Source of the DNA: Promethearchaeota archaeon
GTDB lineage: Archaea > Asgardarchaeota > Lokiarchaeia > Sigyniarchaeales > SOKP01
Direction: 5' to 3'
Assembly: GCA_048940925.1 (NCBI GenBank)
Contig: JBHLOC010000012.1
Location: 1 to 64,000, forward strand
Length of the DNA: 64,000 bases
Shown here in pieces: positions 19,132 through 29,584 of this stretch. Below the pieces are notes generated by a model. It was given only the letters and a program-made list of their open reading frames with translations, made no database searches and had not been told where the DNA came from. Each line of letters begins with the position of its first letter. Within the stretch, counting starts at the first letter, position 1. Made by a program: the position numbers and the translations under genes.

Positions 19132-19800
19132 ATGAAAGAACTTAAGAAAAATGTAATGGAAAGATTAGCCTGGGATGATAGGATAGACGAATCTCAAATT
19201 GACGTTTCTATTTATGATAATATTGTTAGCCTGAAAGGGTGTGTTTCAACTTATCCAGAAAAAGTATTAGCTGAAATTGAAGCACAGATGGTGCCTGGAA
19301 TAAAGTCAGTAGTTAATGCTATTGAAGTCAAATTTCCTGGTTCTTATGAGATTCTATCAGATCAAGATGTATCGGAAGCTATGTATTGTTTATTAGATGC
19401 AAATTCAGAAATAAATTCTAATAATGTTCAAGTCTCAATTAATGAAGGTAATATTATTTTAGAGGGTACTGTGAATTCATATTGGAAAAAAGAAAAAATA
19501 CGAAAACTGGCTTCTCAAATTTCCGGTGTTGTTTCTGTAAAAAATAAAATCTCAATTAACCCTGATGTGAAGATTTCTGATAAAGAAATTGCTAATCTTA
19601 TCATAAAATCAATGCAAAAATCTGTTCATGTTGATGCACATAAGATTGAAGTGAAAGTTAAGGATGGTGTTGTCATTCTTTCTGGAATTCTATCTTCAAT
19701 GAGTGAATATGACACTGTTAAAGATATCGTTGAATTCACGAAAGGAGTTATTGATGTTAAAAATAATCTCAAATGGGTTCTTAGATATCAAACAACTTAA
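19132..19800 (+). CDS. Triple BON-domain protein (OsmY-like), no signal peptide
   Basis: Three repeats of I-x-V-x-V/I..G/N.V.L.G...G(V/I)xxVxNxI/L; the track start of 19111 is an alternative. Confidence 0.88.
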   Translation: MKELKKNVMERLAWDDRIDESQIDVSIYDNIVSLKGCVSTYPEKVLAEIEAQMVPGIKSVVNAIEVKFPGSYEILSDQDVSEAMYCLLDANSEINSNNVQVSINEGNIILEGTVNSYWKKEKIRKLASQISGVVSVKNKISINPDVKISDKEIANLIIKSMQKSVHVDAHKIEVKVKDGVVILSGILSSMSEYDTVKDIVEFTKGVIDVKNNLKWVLRYQTT

Positions 19801-19828
19801 TCAATATTATACAAAATTCTGTAATTGA

Positions 19829-20782
19829 TCAAGTTTCCAAGCTAATCACTACTTTTCCCTGCAGGTGACCCTTTTCGTAATATTTATGAGCTTCAGCAAT
19901 CTGACTTAATGGAAAGACTTTTTCAACAATCGATTTGATCTTTCCTGCTTCAATTTGTTCTCTAAGAAAATCAAGTTTTTCAGTAGTAACAGAAGCTAAA
20001 AACGATTTTATTCTTTTACTCCTTATCTGTTTGAAAGCAACAGACTCTAAATCGACTGTGATAAATATACCTTTCTCTGTTAATGAGATTTTACAATCTG
20101 AATATGATATTTTTTTTCGTCCTACAGCATCAAAGATAATATCATAGGATTGACTATTTTTGGTAAAATCTTCTTTAGTATAGTCAATAACTCTTTTTGC
20201 TCCAAGAGATTGTGCATTAATCACCTTATCTGTACTACACACAGCAGTAACTTCAGGTGTAAATAATTTCGCTATTTGGATAGCATAAGTACCAACACCT
20301 CCAGATGCACCATAGATAAGCACTCTTTGCCCTTCTTGAATAGTAACTTTTTTTCTAAGACCATGCAATGCAGTACATGCAGCACTTGGCACTGCAGCAG
20401 CTTCTAGATGAGTCATATTAGCTGGCTTTATTGAAGCATTTTTTTCAGAAATGCATACATACTCCGCATCAGCTCCAGCCGATTTAGGAGCTCCATAAAC
20501 CAGATCTCCCTTTTTATAGTTCTTCACCTTTCTTCCTAAAGATTCAACCTTGCCTGATACATCAAACCCTAAAATATTTACTTTTGGCTTTTTAAAACCC
20601 GCCATTAACTTTGTTATTCCAAACAATAGGTTAGCTCCACTCCGAAAAATTATATCTATAGCGTTAACCGAAGTTGCGTGCACTTTAACTAGCAATTCAT
20701 CATCTTTAGGTATAGGTTTTTCCACTTCTTTTAATTCAAGTACATCAGCAGAACCAAACTTTTCATATACTACTGCTTTCAT
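19829..20782 (-). CDS. MDR-family NAD(P)H:quinone oxidoreductase/Zn-independent alcohol dehydrogenase
   Basis: SVNAID, GFDVSG, AEY, GASGGVGTYAIQIAK, GKVVI. Confidence 0.92.
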   Translation of the reverse strand: MKAVVYEKFGSADVLELKEVEKPIPKDDELLVKVHATSVNAIDIIFRSGANLLFGITKLMAGFKKPKVNILGFDVSGKVESLGRKVKNYKKGDLVYGAPKSAGADAEYVCISEKNASIKPANMTHLEAAAVPSAACTALHGLRKKVTIQEGQRVLIYGASGGVGTYAIQIAKLFTPEVTAVCSTDKVINAQSLGAKRVIDYTKEDFTKNSQSYDIIFDAVGRKKISYSDCKISLTEKGIFITVDLESVAFKQIRSKRIKSFLASVTTEKLDFLREQIEAGKIKSIVEKVFPLSQIAEAHKYYEKGHLQGKVVISLET

Positions 20783-20953
20783 ATTAATTTCCTTATAGTT
20801 TTAAATTTTATTTATAATTGCGTTAGGAAAAAAAATTATATCAATAAAATGTATCAAATTCTAAAATTTATAGATATTAGCAACATATCATGTTTCCCCA
20901 ATTGTATAAATAAAATGCTTTTTAATTATATTTATAATTTGAGGCTATAAACA

Positions 20954-21415
20954 ATGGAAAAAATTTGGATAATCCATAACTCTTTGTATGGAAATTCAGA
21001 GAAGATTTCAAAACAACTTGCTGATGGCTTAAAAAATAATTATGATGTACGTGTATATAGTATTAAAAACATAACTCCTGAAGATATTGCTAAAGCTGAA
21101 CCTTATAGCTTGATTATCGCAGTTAGAATCGTCGGTTTTAGGTCAGATTTTGAGATGCTAAAGTTTATTAAGAATTTTGATAAGGTTATAACTAAACCAA
21201 TTTCCAAAATAGCTTATTTTTCAACCCATGCTCTTAGTTGGAAGAAGTTCTTCATAAAAGGAATGAAAAAGACTCTTTCAAAAGTAGGATGTGTTGAGGA
21301 AGTCTGCCCTGAATTTCTTGAAGTCCGGATGCAAGGAACTGAAGGACCAGCAAGAGAAGGTGCCGATGTTAAAATTCAAGAATTTATATCGGTATTAATT
21401 GAATTTATGAAATAA
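20954..21415 (+). CDS. Flavodoxin-fold protein
   Basis: SLYGNSEKISKQL phosphate-binding loop; alpha/beta pattern; AYFSTH. Confidence 0.75.
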   Translation: MEKIWIIHNSLYGNSEKISKQLADGLKNNYDVRVYSIKNITPEDIAKAEPYSLIIAVRIVGFRSDFEMLKFIKNFDKVITKPISKIAYFSTHALSWKKFFIKGMKKTLSKVGCVEEVCPEFLEVRMQGTEGPAREGADVKIQEFISVLIEFMK

Positions 21416-21516
21416 CATAAATACCAGGTTATTGAATTTTGAAATGATATAATTTTGAAATAAATTAAAAAAATATTATAATTAATTTGTGATCTCAGTC
21501 ATAAAGGATTTAAAGT

Positions 21517-22128
21517 TCAATCCCTTAATACTTTAAAAGCGAAATGTCTACCATATTTTTGACTTATCGCTAATGCAAACCATAATCCACCTATACTATC
21601 TACAATGGAAATTCTCTCAAGTCCACCTATGCAAATTGGGTTAAGACCAACATTCATAATAAGTTCTTCGACTTTTTTTTGTCCTTCTTTGTTTGTACCG
21701 CAATAAAATAAATCTGCAGTATTTGAACCAAATTTTGGATTTTCGAAGTTTTCCCAACCCATATTGTTGAATGCTCTGTAGTATTCAGCATTTTTTACGT
21801 ATTCATTAAAATATTTGAGACCATTCCTTTCCCCTGCACCCATATTATTAGTTGGATCAACAATTATCTTTTCTGATAATTCTTTAGCGTATAAATTAAA
21901 AAATTCCTGAATCGCATTACCTGGAATCGCAATAAATATTAATTCTCCAAAATTAATTGTTTCCTTAATATTTGAAAGCGTAGCATTACTTCCAAGACTG
22001 TTTACAAAAGATATATAATCTTTTTTATCTGTGTTACGAACTCCAAATTTGACACTATGACCAGCATTAATCCATTTCTTACCAAGGGTGCGACCAATGA
22101 CTCCTAGCCCTACATTTCCAATTTTCAT
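21517..22128 (-). CDS. NADPH-dependent F420 reductase family oxidoreductase
   Basis: GLGVIG, IAIP, IVDPTNN, RAFNN, FYCG, IGGL. Confidence 0.85.
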   Translation of the reverse strand: MKIGNVGLGVIGRTLGKKWINAGHSVKFGVRNTDKKDYISFVNSLGSNATLSNIKETINFGELIFIAIPGNAIQEFFNLYAKELSEKIIVDPTNNMGAGERNGLKYFNEYVKNAEYYRAFNNMGWENFENPKFGSNTADLFYCGTNKEGQKKVEELIMNVGLNPICIGGLERISIVDSIGGLWFALAISQKYGRHFAFKVLRD

Positions 22129-22231
22129 AACATCAACTCAATTTCAAAATACTTTATTTTTAAAAATGATCCATATTTCAACTCAGATTTAAAGGCTGCT
22201 ATATTTCTCTCACTTGTTTACGAAATAGGTA

Positions 22232-22726
22232 TTAATCCAAATAAACTACTAATTTTTCTAATTCCTTTCTAGGTCTAGGACTGGGAATTTCTCCCTTTGG
22301 ATATCCTAAAGGAAGCACTGTAAGAATAAAGTCTTTTTCCTTCAGCTCCAATAATTGTTTTACAACCTCCTTGTTAATATTACCGATCCAACAGGTTCCA
22401 ATTCCGAATGTCCACGCTGCTAAAGCTAATTGTAATGAAACAAAGCTCAAATCATGAAGATACCACTTGGGGTCTTCTACTGGATCACCTACAATTGCAA
22501 CTAATACAGGAGCCCCTGCAGCAAAGGACCCTGTTATACATTCTTTTGCGACTTTACTTATTAAGTCTTTATTTCTTACTACATAAAACTTCCAAGGTTG
22601 TCTATTAACAGCACTAAAACACCATTTAGTTATCTCAAAAATTTGATTTAAAGTTTTTTCATCAATTGGACGATTCTCGAAACTACGTATACTTCTACGT
22701 CCTTTTAACAACTCAATTGCATCCAA
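22232..22726 (-). CDS. Nitroreductase family protein
   Basis: RRSIRSF, SAVNRQPW, GIGTCWIG, PLGYP. Confidence 0.92.
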   Translation of the reverse strand: MDAIELLKGRRSIRSFENRPIDEKTLNQIFEITKWCFSAVNRQPWKFYVVRNKDLISKVAKECITGSFAAGAPVLVAIVGDPVEDPKWYLHDLSFVSLQLALAAWTFGIGTCWIGNINKEVVKQLLELKEKDFILTVLPLGYPKGEIPSPRPRKELEKLVVYLD

Positions 22727-22884
22727 GTTTTTAACACATTTTTATTTGATTTGGATTAGATCATTTTTAGTAAGTTAATAAAAATTTGTTTCTATTTAAG
22801 ATTTTAATAATTATGTACTCATTTTCTACTTTTTAAAAATCCTTTTTTAATCGAAGAATTGATCTTGTTAACAATTAGAAATTA

Positions 22885-24240
22885 TTATTTAGTTTTAGAA
22901 GAGTTTTTCTTGATCTTCATAATTCCCAACTTATCTATGTCTACTTGTTCTACCATATAAGGACTCAATGTTCGAACAGCAAAAATAAAAATCGGGATTA
23001 AACATAAACCAATATAAATTGAGATTATAAACGGGACATCATAACCTAAAGTATCCCATAAAATTCCACCTATTAAAGGACCAATCACCCTTCCTAATCG
23101 ATCAATCCACATATTCAAACCAAAAATTTTCCCTCTATGTTTTATAGATATCCGACTCATAATTGCTTGGATAAGATATAAATTCGCCTCTACTGCAATA
23201 TATAAAAATATTAGAACAATTGCAAAATCGTAAGGTGAAAAAGCCCAAATCAACAACCAAATCATTAAAGCTTTGAAAATAATTATACATATAATACTTA
23301 GTGGAGGAGAAATACGATCAAAAACTTTACCTAATATTGGAGCTATCAATTGGGATATAACTTGAGCTGGAAAATATACAATCATTACAATTATAGGGAT
23401 AATTTTCTCAGAAAAACCGGGTAAAAGATTTTCAATTAAGTATGCTGATATAAATGGCGAGTATATTGTTTCTGTTACAGATACAACTAAAATCACCAGA
23501 ATTAAAAGGCTAAAACCAAAGTAGAATACTTTATTCAAATTTTTATTGTTTTTTTCATTATTTTCTCTTTTTTCCTCGATATTATTAATATCTAAGTTAG
23601 AATCAGCTACTGATGTATAATAATTATCAAAAGTTAAATTTTCATCTACTTTCTTATAAAAACGATGCCCTGCTATTAAATTGATTGCTGCGAATATCAA
23701 AAGTGGGCTGTACATCAATGGTATATTTTCTGGAATATAAATGTTTACAAGTGCAAAGATTGGAATACTGATAAATGCTCCCATAAGAAACCCATATCCA
23801 ATCATTTTTCCCCTACCTGTAGCCAAATACTGAGTTCTACTACCTTTAAAGGATTTTTCAGAGATTAATGCATAGAATGGTGGCCAAAAAAAAGCTACAA
23901 GCAAACCCTGACAGAAGGTTCCTACCCCGAATAGAAACAAATTTTGTATAACAAGTGAGATCCAGTATAAGGTGTAAGATAATGTTCGACCCATCGAGCC
24001 AATTAACACTAGTCGTTTCTTGGACGTATGATCTGTTAAATAACCTATCAATGGCATTGAAAGAAGTCTAGCAAAAGGTTGTAACGCCATAATAATTCCT
24101 AATGTAACTCCAGTACCTCCAAAGTAGTAAATTACAACGTATGATTTTAAAAACATGAAGAATATAAAACCCAACCCATTCCAAAAAGTAATTCGAATCA
24201 TAGAATTAAAATCGGGAGTCGTATTTGTTAACTCAGACAT
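22885..24240 (-). CDS. MFS transporter
   Basis: About 12 TMs, GYLTDHTSKKR and GKVFDR loop motifs, HRGKIFG; likely start ATG 24240 (track start 24342). Confidence 0.88.
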   Translation of the reverse strand: MSELTNTTPDFNSMIRITFWNGLGFIFFMFLKSYVVIYYFGGTGVTLGIIMALQPFARLLSMPLIGYLTDHTSKKRLVLIGSMGRTLSYTLYWISLVIQNLFLFGVGTFCQGLLVAFFWPPFYALISEKSFKGSRTQYLATGRGKMIGYGFLMGAFISIPIFALVNIYIPENIPLMYSPLLIFAAINLIAGHRFYKKVDENLTFDNYYTSVADSNLDINNIEEKRENNEKNNKNLNKVFYFGFSLLILVILVVSVTETIYSPFISAYLIENLLPGFSEKIIPIIVMIVYFPAQVISQLIAPILGKVFDRISPPLSIICIIIFKALMIWLLIWAFSPYDFAIVLIFLYIAVEANLYLIQAIMSRISIKHRGKIFGLNMWIDRLGRVIGPLIGGILWDTLGYDVPFIISIYIGLCLIPIFIFAVRTLSPYMVEQVDIDKLGIMKIKKNSSKTK

Positions 24241-24375
24241 TTTCTGATTTTTAGATTCGGGATCGGAATGATACAAAATTAATACACATTTATAAATATG
24301 TTTAGATTCTCCAGTAATCTGATAGATACAATAGCGATACACATCTTTTAAATTTCAATCTTTACAAATCTCTTT

Positions 24376-24630
24376 TCAAAAGATAAAAGAAAAATATTTC
24401 TTAAGATCTTTAAATCTCACTATAAATGCCGGAACGCTTTCTTTATTTTTTTCGTATTCTTCTCTAAATCTTTGAATTAATTCCTTTTCTTCTACAAATT
24501 TAAGATGTATACTTATTGCTATTATAAATATTAAAAAGAAAATAGGGCTTAGAAAAGTGTTTATCCTCTCTCCAAAAATGGTAGAAAACTTATAATTTAA
24601 ATAATTCACTAAGATTATTTCTAGTCTCAC
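24376..24630 (-). pseudogene. C-terminal fragment of an ICMT/PEMT-type membrane methyltransferase
   Basis: Only the last TM and the EEKELIQRF.EEY...VPAF motif are present; the RHPxY region is missing. Confidence 0.6.
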
Positions 24631-24687
24631 CTATCCTAAAAAAAATTAGGCGAATTTTAAATAAAAAAAAAGAATATTAATCTAGTT

Positions 24688-26253
24688 ATGAATAAAATTC
24701 AAGAAAATTTCGAACCTGTCACAGAATTTCGATTGTCTAAGAAGAAATTCTTTTTCAATTTGCTAAAGTTAATTCCAAAAATGAGAATGATACGTAAACG
24801 AGCAGAAAAAATATTACTTGAAGTAAAACCACCAAAATTTAAAATTGAAGCACCAACCACTGAAGTTATTAGGAGTGATTTAGAAGATATTTGTAAAGTT
24901 CCATATCGTAGAATTGGAACTGATGAAGCTCATAAAATTGAGGATTTTTTGTTAAGCAAATTTAAGGAATTAGGGCTAGAATCTGTGAAAAAGGATCCTT
25001 TTGAGGTTATAAATTGGAGGGCGATAAATTGGAAGTTAACTATATCGACAGAAAAAGAAGAGATAGAAATTCCATGCTTTTATGTTCTTAACACAGGATT
25101 TACAAAAGGAAATGGTATAACAGCTCCTCTAGTGTATATTGCTACTGGCAAAGAAAAAGATTTTAAAAATATAGATGTCAAAGGCAAGATTGTAGTTGCT
25201 GATATTGAATTTCCAATTTTACCATTAGGGAAGCTGTTAAGCATAGCAAAACCATTTCATGTTTCTGATCCGACAAATTCTATTGACAAAACTACTGAAC
25301 TCATCTTAACATTCGTGTTAACAAATTTACCTCCTCAAGCGTTAGGGGGAAAGAGAAGAGAAGATTCCGTGTATTGGCGTGCATTCGATAGAGGTGCTGT
25401 AGGATTAGTATTAATTTTAAGAGATTATCCTTCAAATATTAATAGCCATTGGGGTCCTTATGATGGTGTTATGAAACCTATTCCAGCTTTGTTTGTTGGA
25501 AAATATGATGGAATAAAAGTTCGAGAGTTAGCTCAGGAAAATAATGTTCGAGGAACTATAATCCTTGAAGGAGTTCAAGAACCAAGTATCGCACATAATA
25601 TTTGGGGCGTTTTACCTGGAAATTCCGAAGAAATGATAATGATTTCAAGTCATCATGATTCAGCATTTAAAGGAGCATCTGAGGATGGAACTGGAGTAGC
25701 TATGGTATTAGCCCAATTAAGAGCGTGGTCAAAAATTCCAAAAAACGAAAGGTCTAAGTCTCTGCTATTTTGTTTATCAGCAGGACATCTATATGGAGGG
25801 ATAGGTGCTGAAACATTTGCCCATAAATATAAGAATACAATGTTAAACAATGTGCTTGTAGATGTAAATTTAGAACATTTATGTGCGAAAGAAGTCGTAG
25901 AAGATCTAGAAACTCATAATTTTAAATTAACTGATAATCTAGCAATAGGCGCACTATTTATCTCGCGAAATGAAAACTTAGTAGCACCAGTAATTAAAGT
26001 TTGTAGGGAACATAAAATTGAGAGAATGATGTTAATTCCCGATAATTTTTTTGCAACTCCTCCAATTGGAGAAGCGGGACACTTTACTACTCAAGCAGAT
26101 TTAAAAGTTATTCATTGGATCAGGTCTCCATATTATTTACTCACAGCAGAAGACACACTTGATAAGATTGATATAGATAAACTACATTCCACGGCTCAAT
26201 GTATATCTGATTTAATCAATTTATTGATGTTTCTGCCAAGAGAACAATATTAA
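24688..26253 (+). CDS. M28 peptidase-like protein with PA domain, atypical metal ligands
   Basis: R.IGT, DVKGKIVV PA domain, HNIWGVLPG, SSHHDS, GASEDGTG, EDTLDKID. Confidence 0.85.
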   Translation: MNKIQENFEPVTEFRLSKKKFFFNLLKLIPKMRMIRKRAEKILLEVKPPKFKIEAPTTEVIRSDLEDICKVPYRRIGTDEAHKIEDFLLSKFKELGLESVKKDPFEVINWRAINWKLTISTEKEEIEIPCFYVLNTGFTKGNGITAPLVYIATGKEKDFKNIDVKGKIVVADIEFPILPLGKLLSIAKPFHVSDPTNSIDKTTELILTFVLTNLPPQALGGKRREDSVYWRAFDRGAVGLVLILRDYPSNINSHWGPYDGVMKPIPALFVGKYDGIKVRELAQENNVRGTIILEGVQEPSIAHNIWGVLPGNSEEMIMISSHHDSAFKGASEDGTGVAMVLAQLRAWSKIPKNERSKSLLFCLSAGHLYGGIGAETFAHKYKNTMLNNVLVDVNLEHLCAKEVVEDLETHNFKLTDNLAIGALFISRNENLVAPVIKVCREHKIERMMLIPDNFFATPPIGEAGHFTTQADLKVIHWIRSPYYLLTAEDTLDKIDIDKLHSTAQCISDLINLLMFLPREQY

Positions 26254-26478
26254 AAAACAAATTAGAGAAAAAACTTTATCGCTTTTATAGTATCTATATC
26301 TGTTAATTTTGGATTGAAATATTTTTTGAATTAGGAATTCTCATAGATGAGATCTTATACAAGAATAGAGGAATTTTCAATTGGGTCTTACACTCAATTA
26401 ATTAAATCAGTATACAAAATATTATATACTTATTTGTCAATTTTATACTTAGTCCAATAGTCCTTTAAAAAAGTTGAA

Positions 26479-28179
26479 ATGAATAGGAACTCTAAAATTC
26501 AAGTTTTTTTATTTATTATGGTTTTATTCCTTTTTCTTATCAAAAATTTCAATTTAAATCATATATCCGATGCTGAGAAATTAGAAAAAACTAATTATAT
26601 TGGAGTTAAAAGAGTAGGATATTGGGATTTAACAGGATCACCAATACATATTAATGATTCAAATCCATCTAAAAATTGGGCTTATACAGCTTTAAATTAT
26701 GATTGGTGTAGTGGCTCAGGAACTTGGGTAGATCCATATATAATTGAAGACATCTTTATAGATGGGAAAAATTCTGATATTTGTATATTAATAGAAGATT
26801 CTAATTGCTATTTTATAATTAGGAATTGTATTTGTACTAATTCAAAGAATTATTCTTTTTATGCGGGGATCAAACTAGTTAATACGAATAATGGGCGATT
26901 AATAAATAACAATTGTTCGTTTAATAATGAAGATGGGATGATTATTGATGATTGTAGTAATATTTCAGTAATAAATAATAATTTAAATTCCAATTCAAGA
27001 GTAGGAATATATATGTATGATTGTAGTCTTAATATAGTCCAAGATAATTCAATAAATAACAATAATTATTCTGGAGTGCTTATCGAAAATAGTATCAATA
27101 ATAATTTTTCTGGAAATATCTTGAATAAATGTGGTTTTTTCTTGCTTGACGCAATTTCGCAAAATATTGATACAACAAATTTAGTTAATGGAAAACCAAT
27201 TTGTTTTTATAAAAATAGAATAGGATTAGGACCAAATGATTTTAAAAATTTCGGGCAAATTATATTATTTAACTGTAGGGATTCTTCAATATCAAACTTA
27301 AACCTTTCTCAAAGTTCATTTCCAATTTTGTTATATTTTTGTAAAAATAATACAATCTATAGAAATATCGTTTCAAAGAATACTATCGGGATTAATTTGG
27401 ATGAGAGTGATAACTGCATCATAAGCGAAAATATAGCAAGTTATAATCATGAAGCAGGAATAAATACAATAAATTATAATGGGGGTAATAATACAATAAT
27501 TAAAAATTCAGTAGATTACAATGGAAAAAAAGGGATCAATGTATTTGGAGATAGCAATAATATTTCAGGTAATACAGTAAACAACAATAAATTAACAGGA
27601 GTGTCTGTAATTGGGATTAATAATACAGTATCGAGAAATACTGCAAATCACAACTCTGAGGGCATGACTTTGTGGGGGAAGAATAATTATATTTTCAAGA
27701 ATGACATAAATTATAATTCAGAGGGAGGTCTAATCATACAGTATTCTCTATACAATAAAATCTGGGAAAATAATTTAAAGTACAACCCATGTGGCATTCA
27801 TTTATATGATAGCAACTACACTATTATATTAAGGAATGAAATTCAGTCATACTACCCTAAAATTGGATGGCGTACATATGGAATTTATATCCTGATAAGT
27901 AATTACAATAACTATACAGAAAACCTTATAAAACGTGCTACTTATGGAATCTATATATCTGGTAGTTATAGTATTTTTAGTGAAAACCGATTAATTTGTT
28001 GTGAAACCTGCATTGAAGAATTACAAGGTAGTATTGGAAATGTTTTTATTAACAACATCTGTAAACCATGTCCCCAACCTGTGAATTTTTTACTAATTGC
28101 TGCAATACTTATACCATCTATAATAATAGTTATATCAGTAATAATAGTTTTAGTTGTTAGAAGACGATCAAAAGCTTAA
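26479..28179 (+). CDS. Surface right-handed beta-helix (NosD/CASH repeat) protein with C-terminal TM anchor
   Basis: Signal peptide, WCSGSGTWVDPYIIE, many N-N-x-I-x-x-N..GI repeats, NLVNGKPI, terminal TM + RRR. Confidence 0.88.
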   Translation: MNRNSKIQVFLFIMVLFLFLIKNFNLNHISDAEKLEKTNYIGVKRVGYWDLTGSPIHINDSNPSKNWAYTALNYDWCSGSGTWVDPYIIEDIFIDGKNSDICILIEDSNCYFIIRNCICTNSKNYSFYAGIKLVNTNNGRLINNNCSFNNEDGMIIDDCSNISVINNNLNSNSRVGIYMYDCSLNIVQDNSINNNNYSGVLIENSINNNFSGNILNKCGFFLLDAISQNIDTTNLVNGKPICFYKNRIGLGPNDFKNFGQIILFNCRDSSISNLNLSQSSFPILLYFCKNNTIYRNIVSKNTIGINLDESDNCIISENIASYNHEAGINTINYNGGNNTIIKNSVDYNGKKGINVFGDSNNISGNTVNNNKLTGVSVIGINNTVSRNTANHNSEGMTLWGKNNYIFKNDINYNSEGGLIIQYSLYNKIWENNLKYNPCGIHLYDSNYTIILRNEIQSYYPKIGWRTYGIYILISNYNNYTENLIKRATYGIYISGSYSIFSENRLICCETCIEELQGSIGNVFINNICKPCPQPVNFLLIAAILIPSIIIVISVIIVLVVRRRSKA

Positions 28180-28272
28180 AATTAACGTTAATTTTCAAGT
28201 TTGCGGTTTAATCCTAACTTCTTTTTCGCATTTTAGCTATGGAAATTCGGACTTTATTAAAATTAGTCCACA

Positions 28273-29085
28273 TTAATCATTCAATCCTTTCACTTTTTTA
28301 TGAGAACGTGGAGGGCAGCGTAAATATTTAATATCAGGGTAACCAATTGTTAAAACACCCCAGCTTTTACCCCTTACACCTGCTAATTTTGTTAATTTTG
28401 GATTAAGTTCAAAAGCAATTTGACTCCAACCATTATAACATGTTCCTAAACCTAAAGATTGTGCTGCTAATCGTCCATAAGTAATAATATTACCTATATT
28501 AAAATGCTCAAAAGTAGTTTTGCCTGAAGAACATACAAATATTACATGTGGAGCATCGTGGTAAATAGGATACTCATAAATTTTCTTTTTGATTTTAAAT
28601 GATTCATTAAATTGTGATCTAGTTGCTGGATTCTTTAGCAGTTCTTCCATAACTGCATCAGATAAAGATTTCAGTTGTTCTTGATCTGACAAAATAACAA
28701 TTTTCTCTCCTCTTATATTTGCAGCTGTAGGAGCACACTCCATTGCTCTACAGACTTTTTGCAATATATCTTCAGGTACTTTTTTCTTTTTATAAAATCT
28801 AATTGAGCGATTTGCCCGCATAAAGTTATTTATATCTTCATATGGGATATAATTAGATAAATTTTCTATTCCATCAAAAAAATAAGGCGTATCTCCCATT
28901 TTTTCATATAAGATTGCTTCTTGAGGACATATAGCTATGCAATGCCCACATTGGGTACATGATCCAGAGGGATCCTGAAATGCAATTTTATCTTGATCTT
29001 TATCTTCGGTAAACCTTCTCGGACATTCTATCACACATAATCCACATTTTGAACATTTAGTATAATCAATTCCAATTATTGGCAT
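28273..29085 (-). CDS. Nitroreductase with N-terminal 2x[4Fe-4S] ferredoxin domain
   Basis: CSKCGLCVIECP, CTQCGHCIAICP, RSIRFY, APTAAN, GLGTCY, IGYP. Confidence 0.92.
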   Translation of the reverse strand: MPIIGIDYTKCSKCGLCVIECPRRFTEDKDQDKIAFQDPSGSCTQCGHCIAICPQEAILYEKMGDTPYFFDGIENLSNYIPYEDINNFMRANRSIRFYKKKKVPEDILQKVCRAMECAPTAANIRGEKIVILSDQEQLKSLSDAVMEELLKNPATRSQFNESFKIKKKIYEYPIYHDAPHVIFVCSSGKTTFEHFNIGNIITYGRLAAQSLGLGTCYNGWSQIAFELNPKLTKLAGVRGKSWGVLTIGYPDIKYLRCPPRSHKKVKGLND

Positions 29086-29253
29086 CGATTTTTTCCTCTT
29101 CGTTGTAAACTAAAATAGAAATTTTGCTCTAATAACTTCCAAATACAAAATTAATGGACTAAAATGTGCCTTAATTAATAAAATTATTAGGATTTCAATA
29201 TGGATAACTTGAAAATACACATTGGGATTGGTTTTTAATATGATTTCTGAAAT

Positions 29254-29430
29254 TTAGACAATTTCATAATCATCGGTATCATCCTCTGGGACTTTTCCTT
29301 TCTGTGGATAAATCCGATGACGAAATTTTTTTTCTTTTTTAAGAACTACTCCATATTCTTGTCCTTCAATGATTTTAGGCTTTAACTTATTCCATTTCTG
29401 CTTTTTTTTCTTAATTTTTTTCATTGTCAT
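29254..29430 (-). CDS. Putative 58-aa basic protein with acidic tail (below the track cut-off)
   Basis: ATG-started ORF MTMKKIKKKKQKWNKLKPKIIEGQEYGVVLKKEKKFRHRIYPQKGKVPEDDTDDYEIV fills the intergenic gap. Confidence 0.55.
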   Translation of the reverse strand: MTMKKIKKKKQKWNKLKPKIIEGQEYGVVLKKEKKFRHRIYPQKGKVPEDDTDDYEIV

Positions 29431-29584
29431 ATAAAATGTACATTAAATAAACTACTATTATTCTAATATGATTATTGATAATAAATGATGTAAATTATAA
29501 AATTAAAACTATAAAAAACAGGAGAACCCCTAAATATTGAAAAAAGAATGGCTTTAAGTAAAGTTGTTATTGCTGGAGGAGAGT

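Noticed and set aside
26479-28179. Asn-rich repeats as a DNA repeat or diversity-generating target
   Set aside because: Explained by ordinary beta-helix protein repeats; no nucleotide-level template repeat or reverse transcriptase seen.
29548-29583. MALSKVVIAGG Rossmann-like start on the + strand
   Set aside because: Only ~12 codons before running antisense into mutM; could be chance.
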